From assembly GCA_963739435.1 (NCBI GenBank), contig CAVUAN010000007.1:25371-89370 (forward strand): a DNA stretch of 64,000 nt, given 5' to 3'. Each line of letters starts with the position of its first letter. Position 1 is the first letter of the stretch. Positions 32,370 to 41,553 of this stretch are shown in pieces. Position numbers and translations under genes: made by a program. The DNA is from an uncultured Acidobacteriota bacterium. Lineage in GTDB: Bacteria > Acidobacteriota > Thermoanaerobaculia > UBA5066 > Gp7-AA6. The notes beneath the pieces were generated by a model. That model made no database searches and was not told the DNA's origin. It saw nothing but the letters and a program-made list of their open reading frames with translations.

Positions 32370-33717
32370 TTGATCGTCGAGGACGACGACTTCCTGCGCG
32401 ACCAGCTCACCTGGGCGCTCAAGGGGGACTTCGAGGTCGTGGGCGCGCGCGATGCGACCTCGGGACGAAAGGAGCTCTCCGGAGATGTTCGACGTCTACC
32501 TCTTCGACCTGAGGCTGCCCCCCTCGGGACAGGTGGAGGAAGGGCTCTCGCTGCTGGCGGAGGCGCGGAAGCGCGACGCGGATGCCACGGTCGTCATGAT
32601 GTCCGGGGAAGGGGAGCGGGCCCTGGCGCTGCGCGCGATCGAGGCCGGTGCCTTCGACTTTTTCCAGAAACCCGTCGACAAGGGGGAGCTGCGCGTCATC
32701 CTGGTGCGGGCGCTCGAACGGCGGCGGCTGCTCTCGGACAACCAGGCCCTGCGCCGCCCGTCCGCCGGGGAAGGGCCGCTCGCCCGGTTGATCGGCGAGA
32801 GCCCCCCGATGCAGCGCCTGCGAGCGGACATCGGGAAGGTGGCTCCCACCGACGCCTCGGTCCTGATCCTGGGGGAGAGCGGCACCGGAAAGGAACTGGT
32901 CGCCGGGTCGATCCACGCCGGCAGCCGCCGCTCCGTCGAGGCCTTCGTCGCCGTCAACGCCTCGGCGATGCCCGAATCGCTGGCGGAGGCTGAGCTTTTC
33001 GGCCACGAGAAGGGGGCCTTCACCGGCGCGATCGCTTCGAGGCCGGGCCGCTTCGAGATGGCCCACCGGGGCACCCTGTTCCTGGACGAGATCGGCACCC
33101 TCTCGGCGGGCATCCAGTCCAAGCTGTTGCGGGCGCTCGAGGAACGGGAAGTCGAGCGCGTCGGGGGGCGGCGGCCGATCCCGGTCGATTTTCGCCTCGT
33201 GTCGGCCACCAACGACGACCTCGAGGCCCGGATCGCGGCCGGGACCTTCCGCGAAGACCTCTTCTACCGGATCAACACGGTCGTCTTGTCGCTGCCGCCT
33301 CTTCGGGAGCGAAAGGGGGACCTGCCGCTTCTGGCGGCGCACTTCCTGTCGAAATTTGGAGAGCGGCATGGAAAGCCCGCCCGCCGCCTCTCGCCCGGTG
33401 TCCTCGAACGCCTCGAGGCCCACCCCTGGCGAGGCAACGTCCGGGAGCTCGAGCACGTCCTCGAGATGCTGGTTCTCTTTTCGGAAGGAGAGGAGATCGG
33501 CGAGGAGGACCTGCCGCGAGCGCTGCGGCGGCCCAACCACGCGTCAGCCGGCGCTGCGGGCCGGGGGTTGCCCTTCGGCAAGGCCGTCGAAGAGTTCGAA
33601 AAGGCTCTTCTCTCCGAAGCCATCGCCGCTTCAGCCGGCGTCAAAGCCGAAGCCGCCCGCCGCCTGGGCCTCGACGCGAACCAGATCAAGTACCTCTGCC
33701 GGAAATATGGGTTGTAG
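32370..33717 (+). CDS. Sigma54-dependent response regulator (NtrC family), 1 frameshift as assembled
   Basis: Receiver domain (IVEDDDFLRDQL ... FDLRLPP), AAA+ domain with GESGTGKE and the GAFTGA loop (EKGAFTGA), and a C-terminal HTH. The frame changes near 32480. The TTG 32370 start is provisional, since an ATG at 32338 overlaps the kinase stop in another frame. Confidence 0.85.
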
Positions 33718-33721
33718 TCGC

Positions 33722-33757
33722 GGTGAAAGATTCAACTGTCGGGTGAAACGTTCACCC
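33722..33757 (+). promoter_or_regulatory. Putative enhancer (UAS): two GGTGAA-N3-TTCAMC palindromes 20 bp apart
   Basis: GGTGAAAGATTCAAC (33722-33736) and the perfect palindrome GGGTGAAACGTTCACCC (33741-33757) lie 65-100 bp upstream of the sigma54 promoter. Confidence 0.55.
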
Positions 33758-33821
33758 GAGATCGGCCGGCGGAACTCGAAGAATCGCTCGAAAACACTGA
33801 GCTTTCCTCAAGTGAACGAGT

Positions 33822-33837
33822 TGGCTCGAGGCTTGCT
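33822..33837 (+). promoter_or_regulatory. Sigma54 (-24/-12) promoter TGGCTCGAGGCTTGCT
   Basis: One mismatch to TGGCACG-N4-TTGCW, with exact GG-N10-GC spacing. It lies 30 nt upstream of ATG 33868, which has SD AAAGGAGG. Confidence 0.75.
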
Positions 33838-33867
33838 CCTGAGGAAGGACAGAAAAGGAGGCCACAA

Positions 33868-34101
33868 ATGGCAAAGGAAGTCAGGATCAAGCTCACGGAA
33901 GCGCAGAGGTCGAAGATCAAGTCAGCCACGGGCAAGAACATGACGGAGATCCGGGTCACGAGCCTCGGAAAGGGTCCTGCGGCTAACGTCGCCTCGGCCC
34001 GCTCGGTTGCTCGTGGTGCTGCGCCTCGTCCGGTCGCCCGCGGCGCTCCAGGCCCGCGCCGGGAGCCCGCATGGCCACGTCGCGCCCTGTGGCACGCGTA
34101 A
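33868..34101 (+). CDS. Sigma54-driven small protein (77 aa; Lys-rich N-terminus, Arg/Ala/Pro-rich tail)
   Basis: It is the only ORF between the sigma54 promoter and the intrinsic terminator. Sequence starts MAKEVRIKLTEAQRSKIKSATGKNMTEIRVTSLGKG... RPVAR-like repeats continue in a second frame, so the 3' part may carry an indel. Confidence 0.55.
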   Translation: MAKEVRIKLTEAQRSKIKSATGKNMTEIRVTSLGKGPAANVASARSVARGAAPRPVARGAPGPRREPAWPRRALWHA

Positions 34102-34199
34102 CTACGGCGCGTGCGAGCCGGGCCATCGAAGCGAGTACACGCGGCCTCCTTCCGCGCCGACAACGACTCGAACTAGATCCCCGAGCTTCGATCTCTTGC

Positions 34200-34230
34200 A
34201 GCGCCCCGCTGGAAGCGGGGCGCTTTTTTC
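34200..34230 (+). terminator. Rho-independent terminator
   Basis: 10-bp stem AGCGCCCCGC/GCGGGGCGCT with loop TGGAA, followed by TTTTT. It abuts the stop of the convergent M50 gene. Confidence 0.85.
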
Positions 34231-36421
34231 TTACCAGAGGATGGTCTGAAACCAGCGGCGCAGGACGCGCGCGGAAAGAGCCGCGGGCGACGTTCTCGGC
34301 CCGTAGATCTTGGCCGTCACGAGCGCTCCCGGCCGGAGCTGGCGGTCGGAGTTTTCGAACTCCACCCGCACGACGAAGCGGTCGGGGAACTGGCCCGGCA
34401 CGAGCCTTTCAGTCAGCCCGGAAGCCGTGACGGGCTGATCTTCCGTGGCGGGTGCGATGCGGATGATCTTGCCCCGGACCGTTTTGCCTGGCCGCTCGGG
34501 AAGAAGAGCTGAGACCGGCGCGCCGACGAGAGGTCGTCCAGGCGCCGCTTCGGAGACCGGCAGGTCGGCGACGACCGTGCGGACGTCGCCCACCTCGGCC
34601 AGCAGTGCTCCGGCCTGGACGAAGCGGCCGTTCAGGTCCTGGATCCGGGGAGTCAGGATCTGCCCCTCGATCGGGCTTCGGACGTCCAGTCTCGTGCGCC
34701 GCATCTGGTCGCTCGCCAGGGCTGCGGATGCCGACGATTCGAGCGCGTCACTTTCACGGATCTTTTCGGGCGAAGCCTCCTGCCGGGCCGCGCTGGCTGC
34801 CTTGAGGAACCGCTCTCGCTGGGCATTGTCCCTGCCATGGAGTTGTCGGCTGCGGCGCTCGAGAGGCGGAAAAGCTCGGCTCCCTTCGCGACGTCCTGCG
34901 CCTCGGTGAACGGCCACCGCCGTGACGAATCCGTCCTCGGGGGCCTCGATACGGACGGTCTCGGCCGGCCGCAGGACGCCTTCGACCCACATGCGGCGTC
35001 GGGTCCAGGGAAGAAAAAGGACGAGCAGGATGAGGAGCGCGGCGGCGGCGAGAACGGGGCGGCTTCGTTTTGCCATGAGCAGGTCCCTCTTGTCCAGATA
35101 GAAGAGGCGGATCGTTTTGATGACGAGCTTGACCCGTTTCTTGAAGATGAATGCCAGCGTGAGAACGAGCAGAACACCCGCGAGATTCGGAAAGTACCTG
35201 GAGTAGAGGTTGTTGAAGAGCCCTCCGATGAACGACATGATGAACCCGATGTAGAGGAGGGCGGGGACGCCGTAGATCCAGTAGATCCGCCGGCGTCTTT
35301 TTGAGGCGACCGGGATGTCGACCGAGAGGCGCAGGACGTGCTTCTGGAATCGGGCGCCGATGTACCGGAACGACTCCTCGCGCAGCTCCGGGATCTCCAG
35401 GATGCTCGAGATGGCGTAGTAGCCGTCGATCTTGATCGAGCGGGTTGATGTTGAAAAAGATCGTCGAGACACCCGTAAAGAGCATCGTCTTGTAGGCGAT
35501 CTCGTGCAGGAGCGTGTCCGGGTAGCTGGCGACCCACAGAAACGTCGCGCCCGCACAGATGAATCCCTCGATGTAGATCCCGGCCGTCGTGACCCACAGG
35601 CGCTGCCACTTGCTCTGGAAGAGGATCGAATCGGTGGTGTCGCAGTAGAACGCCGGAGTGAAATAGAGGAGCGCGAGGCCGATGTCGTGCACCTCGCCGC
35701 CGTAGATCTTCGTGGCGTAGGCGTGGCCCATCTCGTGGATGAAGCCGACGATGCAGAGAAGGACGAAGAACTGGAGGGCGTCGACCAGCGGCTTGCGGAG
35801 GAACGCGTAGAGCTCGTAGGTCCCCGGCCAGATCGGCGCCCAGTGCTGGACGAAGACGCCCACGGTGAAGAGGGCCAGGACGGCCCAGAGACGACCATCG
35901 GCGGCGTCCAGATCCAGCGGACGTACTCGACGCTGCGGTTGAGCATTCGGTTCGGGTCGAAGACGTGGAACATGATGAAGAAGGGGTTGAAACCCTCCGC
36001 CTTTTCCTCGGCGGCCCGTTTCCGCGCCGTCTTGTAGTTGGCGAGAAGGACGAGGTTCCGCTCGGCGGCCCCGCGTTCGATCAGCTCGATCTTCCGGAGC
36101 ATCTCCTCGAAGTCGAGGATCAGCGAGTACGCGATCGGCTCGTCCGGAAAGGAGCTCTGGTACTCCTGCCAGATCTCGTTTCTCGTCCGCGTGCCGTCGA
36201 AGAGCTGGATGAAGTTCCACTCCGAATCGTCGAAGTAGTAGTACTTGAAGGTTTCCGGGTTCTTCACCACCCAGACGGGCTTCGCCCCCGTGGATCACGC
36301 GCCGGGCGACGATGTCCTTCCGCAGGGAGGGCCGTTCGTCGGGTGCGCCGTGCCGCTGGGCGAGCGCCCGTGTGCTGTCCCCGAGATCCGCGGCCGACGC
36401 GAGGCGCGTCGAGACAACCAT
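34231..36421 (-). pseudogene. PqqD/RRE-like domain + M50 (site-2-type) zinc metalloprotease + HlyD-like C-terminal domain; at least 5 frameshifts as assembled
   Basis: N-terminal VWVVKNPETFKYYYFDDSEWNFIQLFDGTRTRNEIWQEYQSSFPDEPIAYSLILDFEEMLRKIELIE fits the PqqD pattern. HEMGH zinc motif (FIHEMGHAYATKIYGG) within TM helices. The C-terminal IEGQILTPRIQDLNGRFVQAGALLAEV ... VTAKIYG is a barrel-sandwich domain. The pieces lie in ORFs 34754-38263, 34231-36270 and 34653-35609. Confidence 0.7.
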
Positions 36422-38868
36422 CAGGGAAGGAGCGGCCAGATCTTCGCCCAGATCCAGCGCGCAGGCTTGCGGACCAGGAGCGTTGCGATGTTGTGGTAGC
36501 CGACGCGGATCTTCGCCCGCCCGAGCATCCCGGTGCGCAGCTCTCCCGTGGGATTCGGCACGGCCACCTCGGCGATCACGAACCTCTCCTTGCCCTCTTC
36601 GAGGATCCGGGCGCCGACCCGCGCCACCTCTCCCTGGAGTGTGCGCGTCGGGAACGTGTTGAGCTTGACAGCCGCAGGCATTCCGGCGCGCACGAGTGAG
36701 GAATCCTGCCTCGTCCACGGCGACCTCGACGGTGACGTGATCCGAGAACTCGGCCACGACGCAGAACTCCGACCCTTTCGAAAGCACCTGTCCGACTTTC
36801 TCTTCGAGGCGCGGCGTGATGATGACGCCCGAAGTCGGCGCCCGGAGAGCCGTCCACGCCAGCGTCTGCTGCTCGAAAGCAACACGGGCGGCCGCCTCGT
36901 CGTGGCGCGACTGGGCCGCGAAGAGAGCGCCGGCGTCGGCAGCCTGCCGGGCCACGCGAGGTCCCGGTCGGAAACCTCGAGAGCGGCCTTCGCCTCGGCG
37001 AGGGCGGCGCGGAATGGCTGCTCTTCGATTTGAGCAATCCGGTCGCCGGCCTTCACCCGATCGCCCTCGCGGTGGTCGATCGAGACGACGATTCCGTCGA
37101 CGGCCGCCGCGACGACGCTCCGGCTGGCGGGGAGGACGCGCGCCGGCCCGCCGACGCGGAGACGCCAGGGGACGAGGAAGAGAACGATGAGCGCCGCGGC
37201 GACGCCGGTGACCCACCGGCGGCGGGCCCTCGCCGGCAGGTGCGCGAAGCGGCGCTGTCTCTCGAGCAGGGGCTTGAGAAATCCCGAGAGGGGGACCTGC
37301 TGGTAGAGCTGCGCGTTGCGGACGGCGACGGTCGCCTGGTTGACCAGGATCGCGAGCAGGTCGCGCGTCTCCTCGATCGAAGATGATCGGGCGCCTTGCT
37401 TTCGAATGCCGAGAACGCCGAGTTTGCCTTCCTCGTCCTTCAGGATCGCGCCGTAGACGGCGTTCAGTTGCCGCTTTCCGCGAAAAACGAGCGGAACTTC
37501 TCCTCCGTCTCGGGCCGATCGGTCGGCGAGCGTTCCGTCGGGCAGCTGAGTCACGCCGACGTCCGAGCCGCACAGGAAGACCCACTGGAGCAGCTCCTCG
37601 GTCCGCCGGACTTCCGCGGTCTTGCGATCCACATCGAGTCGAACCGGAGACAGCCCCGAGCCGCAGCTGGCCCCTTCTGAAAGACGGCGATCGACGCGCG
37701 GTCGTAGGTGATGAGGGCGGAGGCCGCCGTTGACGATGGCCTGCATGACCCGCTCGAGATCCAGGGTCGAGGTGATCTCGCGGCTGACGGCAAGCAGGGC
37801 GTCGAGCTCTTCGACCTTTTTCTCGGCCTCGTACCGGCGGGCGTTCCGGATGGCGCGGATGGCCTGGCGGGCGAGATCCTGGAGCAGCTCCTGGTCTTCC
37901 TCGGAGAACTCGGGGCGGCGCCCGCGCTTGTTGGCGACGATGATGGCGCCCTCGACCTCGTCCTCGTCGACTAGGGGCGCCGCGAGCAGCGACCGAACCG
38001 CGTAGCCCGGCTCCTCGCGTCGCCGCGGGGTCGTCCTCAGGCAGCCCGTTCTTGCGCACGGCGGCCCGGTCGGCGACGACCTCGCCGACGACGCTGGCTG
38101 CCCACGGCATCGGGCGGCATGTCGACCTCGTAGTTTTCGTTGACGACCGTGCGTGAGAGAACGACCTCTCCCGTCGTCTCGTCGAGGAACCAGAGCGAGC
38201 CGGTCTCTGCCGCCGTGAGGTCGACCGCCTTGCGCGCGATGATGTCGGAGAGAGCCGAGGCATCGAGCGTCGAGGCGAAGGCCTTCGAGAGGTCGTAGAG
38301 GTTCGTCAGCCGTTCGATGGCGTGCAGCATGCCGACGCTCTTGCGCTCGGCGCGGAGCGACCTGGCGAGCGCGCCGGCCGCCGTAGCGCGCCGGCGGGGC
38401 CGAGCCCCTCGATGGCGGCCTCCATCGCCGCCGGCTCCCGGTAGAAGAGGCCGAGCAGGAAGGAGACGCCGACTTCGGCTTCGAGCGGCAGCGCCAGCAA
38501 CGCGCCGGCCCAGTCCGGCGCGCCCGCCAGGAACGGGTCCTTCGAGCCGGAGAGCTCTTTGCGGTGGAACGCGATCGCCTCGCGGCCGCGCAGGAGCCGG
38601 AGGACGGCGCCTTCGTCGCGTCCGGCCGTGCGCCGCAGGAAGGGCCGCATCCCCGGTCCGTGGACGCCCGCGCAGAGGTAGACCGGGTTGGACGGGGTCG
38701 GGCGCCCAGACGACCGCCGCTTCGGCTCCCGCCGCCGGCCGAGCACCAGCGGGCCGCCCAGGCCGCTGTTTGGGCCAGGTTCTCGCAGGCAACGAGCTCC
38801 GCCAGGACGGCCGTCTCGAGGCCGCCGGGGGGCAGTATCGGAGTCCGACCGGTGGGTCGGTCTGCCAT
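36421..38868 (-). pseudogene. Three-GAF + TM + HlyD-like adaptor protein; about 10 frameshifts as assembled
   Basis: GAF-like blocks: ...GVSFLLGLFYREP...; LTNLYDLSKAFASTLDASALSDIIARKAVDLTAAETGSLWFLDE; LLAVSREITSTLDLERVMQAIVNGG ... VRNAQLYQQ. A TM segment (WVTGVAAALIVLFLV) follows, then VDGIVVSIDHREGDRVKAGDRIAQIE ... LRAPTSGVIITPRLEEKVGQ. The stop shares 1 nt with the M50 gene ATG. Confidence 0.65.
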
Positions 38869-38874
38869 AGCCTC

Positions 38875-39210
38875 CTAGAACGAGGAGACGGCCGTCTCCA
38901 GGTCGTCGTGCAATTCGAACACCGAGTCGAGATTGGTCATCGCCAGGAGCTTCTTGACCTGGGGTCCCGCACGCAGGAGCTTGGTCGTGCCGCCGTCTTT
39001 CTGCGTGTTCGTCAGGGCCCGGACGAGCGCGCCGAGCCCCGAGCTATCGAGGAAACCGACCGCGGAGAGGTCGACGAGCAGGTGCACGTGCCCCTCCTCG
39101 ATCAGGCGCATGACCGCCCGCTTGAACGCGACTTCGGCCTCGCCAATGACGAGGTCGCCTTCCACGGTCAGGACGGTGACCCGTCCGTCCTCTCTTGTCG
39201 TGAGCTTCAT
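38875..39210 (-). CDS. STAS-domain protein (anti-sigma-factor antagonist, SpoIIAA-like)
   Basis: 111 aa with LLVDLSAVGFLDSSGLGALV, which contains the conserved phospho-Ser context. Its stop is 6 nt before the GAF-HlyD start. Confidence 0.8.
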   Translation of the reverse strand: MKLTTREDGRVTVLTVEGDLVIGEAEVAFKRAVMRLIEEGHVHLLVDLSAVGFLDSSGLGALVRALTNTQKDGGTTKLLRAGPQVKKLLAMTNLDSVFELHDDLETAVSSF

Positions 39211-39294
39211 GCGGTTGGCGCAAGACTATCTCCTGTTGCGCCGCGCGTTCTAGTACCCATGGGGGATAGAGTTGAACCCGAGGGGGAACCGACG

Positions 39295-40827
39295 ATGCCC
39301 GAGAGTAAGGCCGCGGCGGCCGAGCCGCCCGAGCGCGCCGGCGATCCCTGCACGGTCGTCATCTTTGGCGCCGCCGGCGATCTGACGCGGCGCAAGCTCG
39401 TTCCCGCCCTGCTCAACCTGCACGGCTACGGCCTCCTGCCGCGCGACTTTGCCGTCGTGGGGGTGGCCCGCAAGGAATTGTCCGACGAGGCTTTCCGCGA
39501 GCAGCAGACGAAGGACATACACGAGTTCGCGACGGTGAAGGTGGATGAGGCAACGTGGGCCCGGTTCCGTGAGCGCCTCTCCTACGTCCACGGCGAGTTC
39601 GGGGACCCTGCCGTCTACGCAAAGCTCGCGCCCCTTCTGGCCGATCTCGCCAGGCGATACGGCACGGGCGGCAACGTGCTGTTCTACCTCGCGACGCCTC
39701 CCCAATTCTTCGATGTCATCGTCGCGCAGCTCGGCGCGGCGGGCCTGACGCGCGAAGAGGGCGGCGCCTGGCGGCGCGTGATCATCGAGAAGCCCTTCGG
39801 GCGCGACCTCGACTCGGCCCGCCTGTTGAACGAGCAGATTCGTTCGGTCTTGAAGGAGAGCCAGATCTACCGGATCGACCACTACCTCGGCAAAGAGACC
39901 GTGCAGAACCTCATGGTCTTCCGTTTCGCCAACGGTCTCTTCGAGCCGGTCTGGAACCGCCGCTACGTCGACCACGTCCAGATCACGGTGGCCGAGACCG
40001 TGGGGGCAGAGGGCCGGGGCGCCTACTACGACTCGGCCGGCGTCCTGCGCGACATGATGCAGAACCACATGTTCCAGCTTCTGGCGTTGATCGCGATGGA
40101 GCCGCCGATCTCCTTCGAAGGCGAGGCCGCGCGCAACGAGAAGGTCAAGGTCCTCCAGGCCATCCGGCCGATGGGTCCGGAGGAGATCCTGAAGAATGCG
40201 GTGCGCGGGCAGTACGGCGAGGGGCTCATGGATGGCAAGAAAGTCCCCGGCTACCGTTCCGAGCCCAACGTCGCTCCAGGCTCGAAGACCGAGACGTTCG
40301 CCGCTGTCGAGCTCGGTGTCGAGAACTGGCGCTGGGCTGGCGTGCCGTTCTTCCTGCGCTCGGGCAAGAGGCTGGCGCGCCGCAGCACCCAGATCGTCAT
40401 TCAGTTCCGCAAACCGCCCCTGCTCTTGTTCCCCCGCGCAGCCGTGGGGGAGATCGAGGCCAATCGGCTGACCATCCAGATCCAGCCCGACGAGGGCATC
40501 AAGATCGCCATGAAGGCCAAGCGCTCGGGCCCCACGATCCGCCTTCGGGATGTGGAGCTGGCGTTCAACTACGCCGATGGCGGCGACGAAGAGCACGCCA
40601 CCGGCTACGAGCGGCTGCTGTACGACTGCATGTCGGGCGATTCGACCCTTTTCCACAGGGCCGACATGGTCGAGGCGGCCTGGACGATTGCAACGCCGAT
40701 TCTCGACCTCTGGGCGAGCCTCCCGGCGCGGGACTTTCCCAACTACGCGGCCGGGAGCTGGGGGCCCGCGTCAGCCGATGCCCTCATGTCCCGCCACGGC
40801 TACGCCTGGACGAACCCGGAGAAGTAA
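39295..40827 (+). CDS. zwf: Glucose-6-phosphate 1-dehydrogenase
   Basis: GAAGDLTRRKL NADP site and RIDHYLGKE active-site motif. 510 aa, intact. An alternative ATG lies at 39259. Confidence 0.9.
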   Translation: MPESKAAAAEPPERAGDPCTVVIFGAAGDLTRRKLVPALLNLHGYGLLPRDFAVVGVARKELSDEAFREQQTKDIHEFATVKVDEATWARFRERLSYVHGEFGDPAVYAKLAPLLADLARRYGTGGNVLFYLATPPQFFDVIVAQLGAAGLTREEGGAWRRVIIEKPFGRDLDSARLLNEQIRSVLKESQIYRIDHYLGKETVQNLMVFRFANGLFEPVWNRRYVDHVQITVAETVGAEGRGAYYDSAGVLRDMMQNHMFQLLALIAMEPPISFEGEAARNEKVKVLQAIRPMGPEEILKNAVRGQYGEGLMDGKKVPGYRSEPNVAPGSKTETFAAVELGVENWRWAGVPFFLRSGKRLARRSTQIVIQFRKPPLLLFPRAAVGEIEANRLTIQIQPDEGIKIAMKAKRSGPTIRLRDVELAFNYADGGDEEHATGYERLLYDCMSGDSTLFHRADMVEAAWTIATPILDLWASLPARDFPNYAAGSWGPASADALMSRHGYAWTNPEK

Positions 40828-41076
40828 GGCTGGGTCTCTCCGGCATAGATGTACATTTTTTTGGACAGATTCTAAAGATCTCGTCAGGATCGCATCCGCC
40901 CGCAGCGGTTCCCACGTACCTTGCCTGTGATCAGGGGAGCGGAATAGAATCCCCGCCACTTTCTGATTCCGTGGCATATCGTTGCGGCGTCAAGATGCAC
41001 TCGACCCAGTGCGGCCATACCGGCCGGACTTTTTTGTGAACACCCCCTTTTGCGGGGGGAAGAAGGAGTGAGGGGT

Positions 41077-41499
41077 ATGACGAAGGGGGATCTCACGAAG
41101 AAGGCGATCGGTCTGGCGATTGCCGGGGTGTTCGCGGGCTCGCGTCTCGCGTCGGCGGCGACGCAGGCGACGTCCACGGGCAAGACCGAAGGCGCCAAGC
41201 CGGTGGCCGGCGACGAAAAGACCAAGGACACGAAGGCCGCGTCGGACAAGAATGTCTGCAAGGGCATGAACTCCTGTAAGGGCAAGGGCGGCTGCAAGAC
41301 GGGCGACGGCGGCTGCTCGGGCAAGAACTCGTGCAAGGGCAAGGGCGGCTGCGCCTCGGCCGATGTGAAGCACGACTGCAAGGGCATGAACTCCTGCAAG
41401 GGGCAGGGCGGCTGCAAGACCGGCGACGGGAAATGCGCTGGCAAGAACTCCTGCAAGGGCAAGGGCGGCTGCGCGGTTCCGGTCAAGAAGGCTGCGTAA
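41077..41499 (+). CDS. bufA: Bufferin-type RiPP precursor, 12-Cys class (Sec signal + 2 x 32-aa 6-Cys modules)
   Basis: SD GAAGGAG and ATG 41077. Signal peptide MTKGDLTKKAIGLAIAGVFAGSRLASA. Modules CKGMNSCKGKGGCKTGDGGCSGKNSCKGKGGC (nt 41257-41352) and CKGMNSCKGQGGCKTGDGKCAGKNSCKGKGGC (nt 41377-41472). It sits directly upstream of DUF692 and DUF2063 genes. Confidence 0.75.
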   Translation: MTKGDLTKKAIGLAIAGVFAGSRLASAATQATSTGKTEGAKPVAGDEKTKDTKAASDKNVCKGMNSCKGKGGCKTGDGGCSGKNSCKGKGGCASADVKHDCKGMNSCKGQGGCKTGDGKCAGKNSCKGKGGCAVPVKKAA

Positions 41500-41519
41500 C
41501 TCTTCCAGGTGGTTACTCT

Positions 41520-41553
41520 GGGGGCTGCGGCGGTTGCCGCGGCCCCCTTTTTT
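41520..41553 (+). terminator. Strong intrinsic terminator between precursor and modification genes
   Basis: 12-bp stem GGGGGCTGCGGC/GCCGCGGCCCCC (one G-U pair) with loop GGTT, followed by TTTTTT. Confidence 0.85.

Noticed and set aside
31610-33717. Assigning the kinase and activator as the PEP-CTERM regulators PrsK/PrsR (the HDIKN H-box resembles PrsK)
   Set aside because: The kinase lacks the polytopic PrsK membrane domain. No PEP-CTERM protein, exosortase or EPS genes are in the window.
39219-39235. Possible sigma54 -24/-12 element (minus strand CAGGAGATAGTCTTGCG) upstream of the STAS operon
   Set aside because: It has correct GG-N10-GC spacing but a poor -24 box. It also ends only about 10 nt before the ATG, leaving no room for a leader or SD. 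It is too weak to call.
40972-40985. Sigma54-like motif TGGCATATCGTTGC upstream of the bufferin precursor
   Set aside because: The spacing is GG-N9-GC rather than the invariant GG-N10-GC, so it is unlikely to be functional.
40884-41486. Minus-strand ORF with a striking PPLPLQEF(L/M)P repeat
   Set aside because: It is the antisense image of the duplicated Cys-rich modules of the bufferin precursor. The plus-strand gene has an SD, a signal peptide and the correct cluster context.
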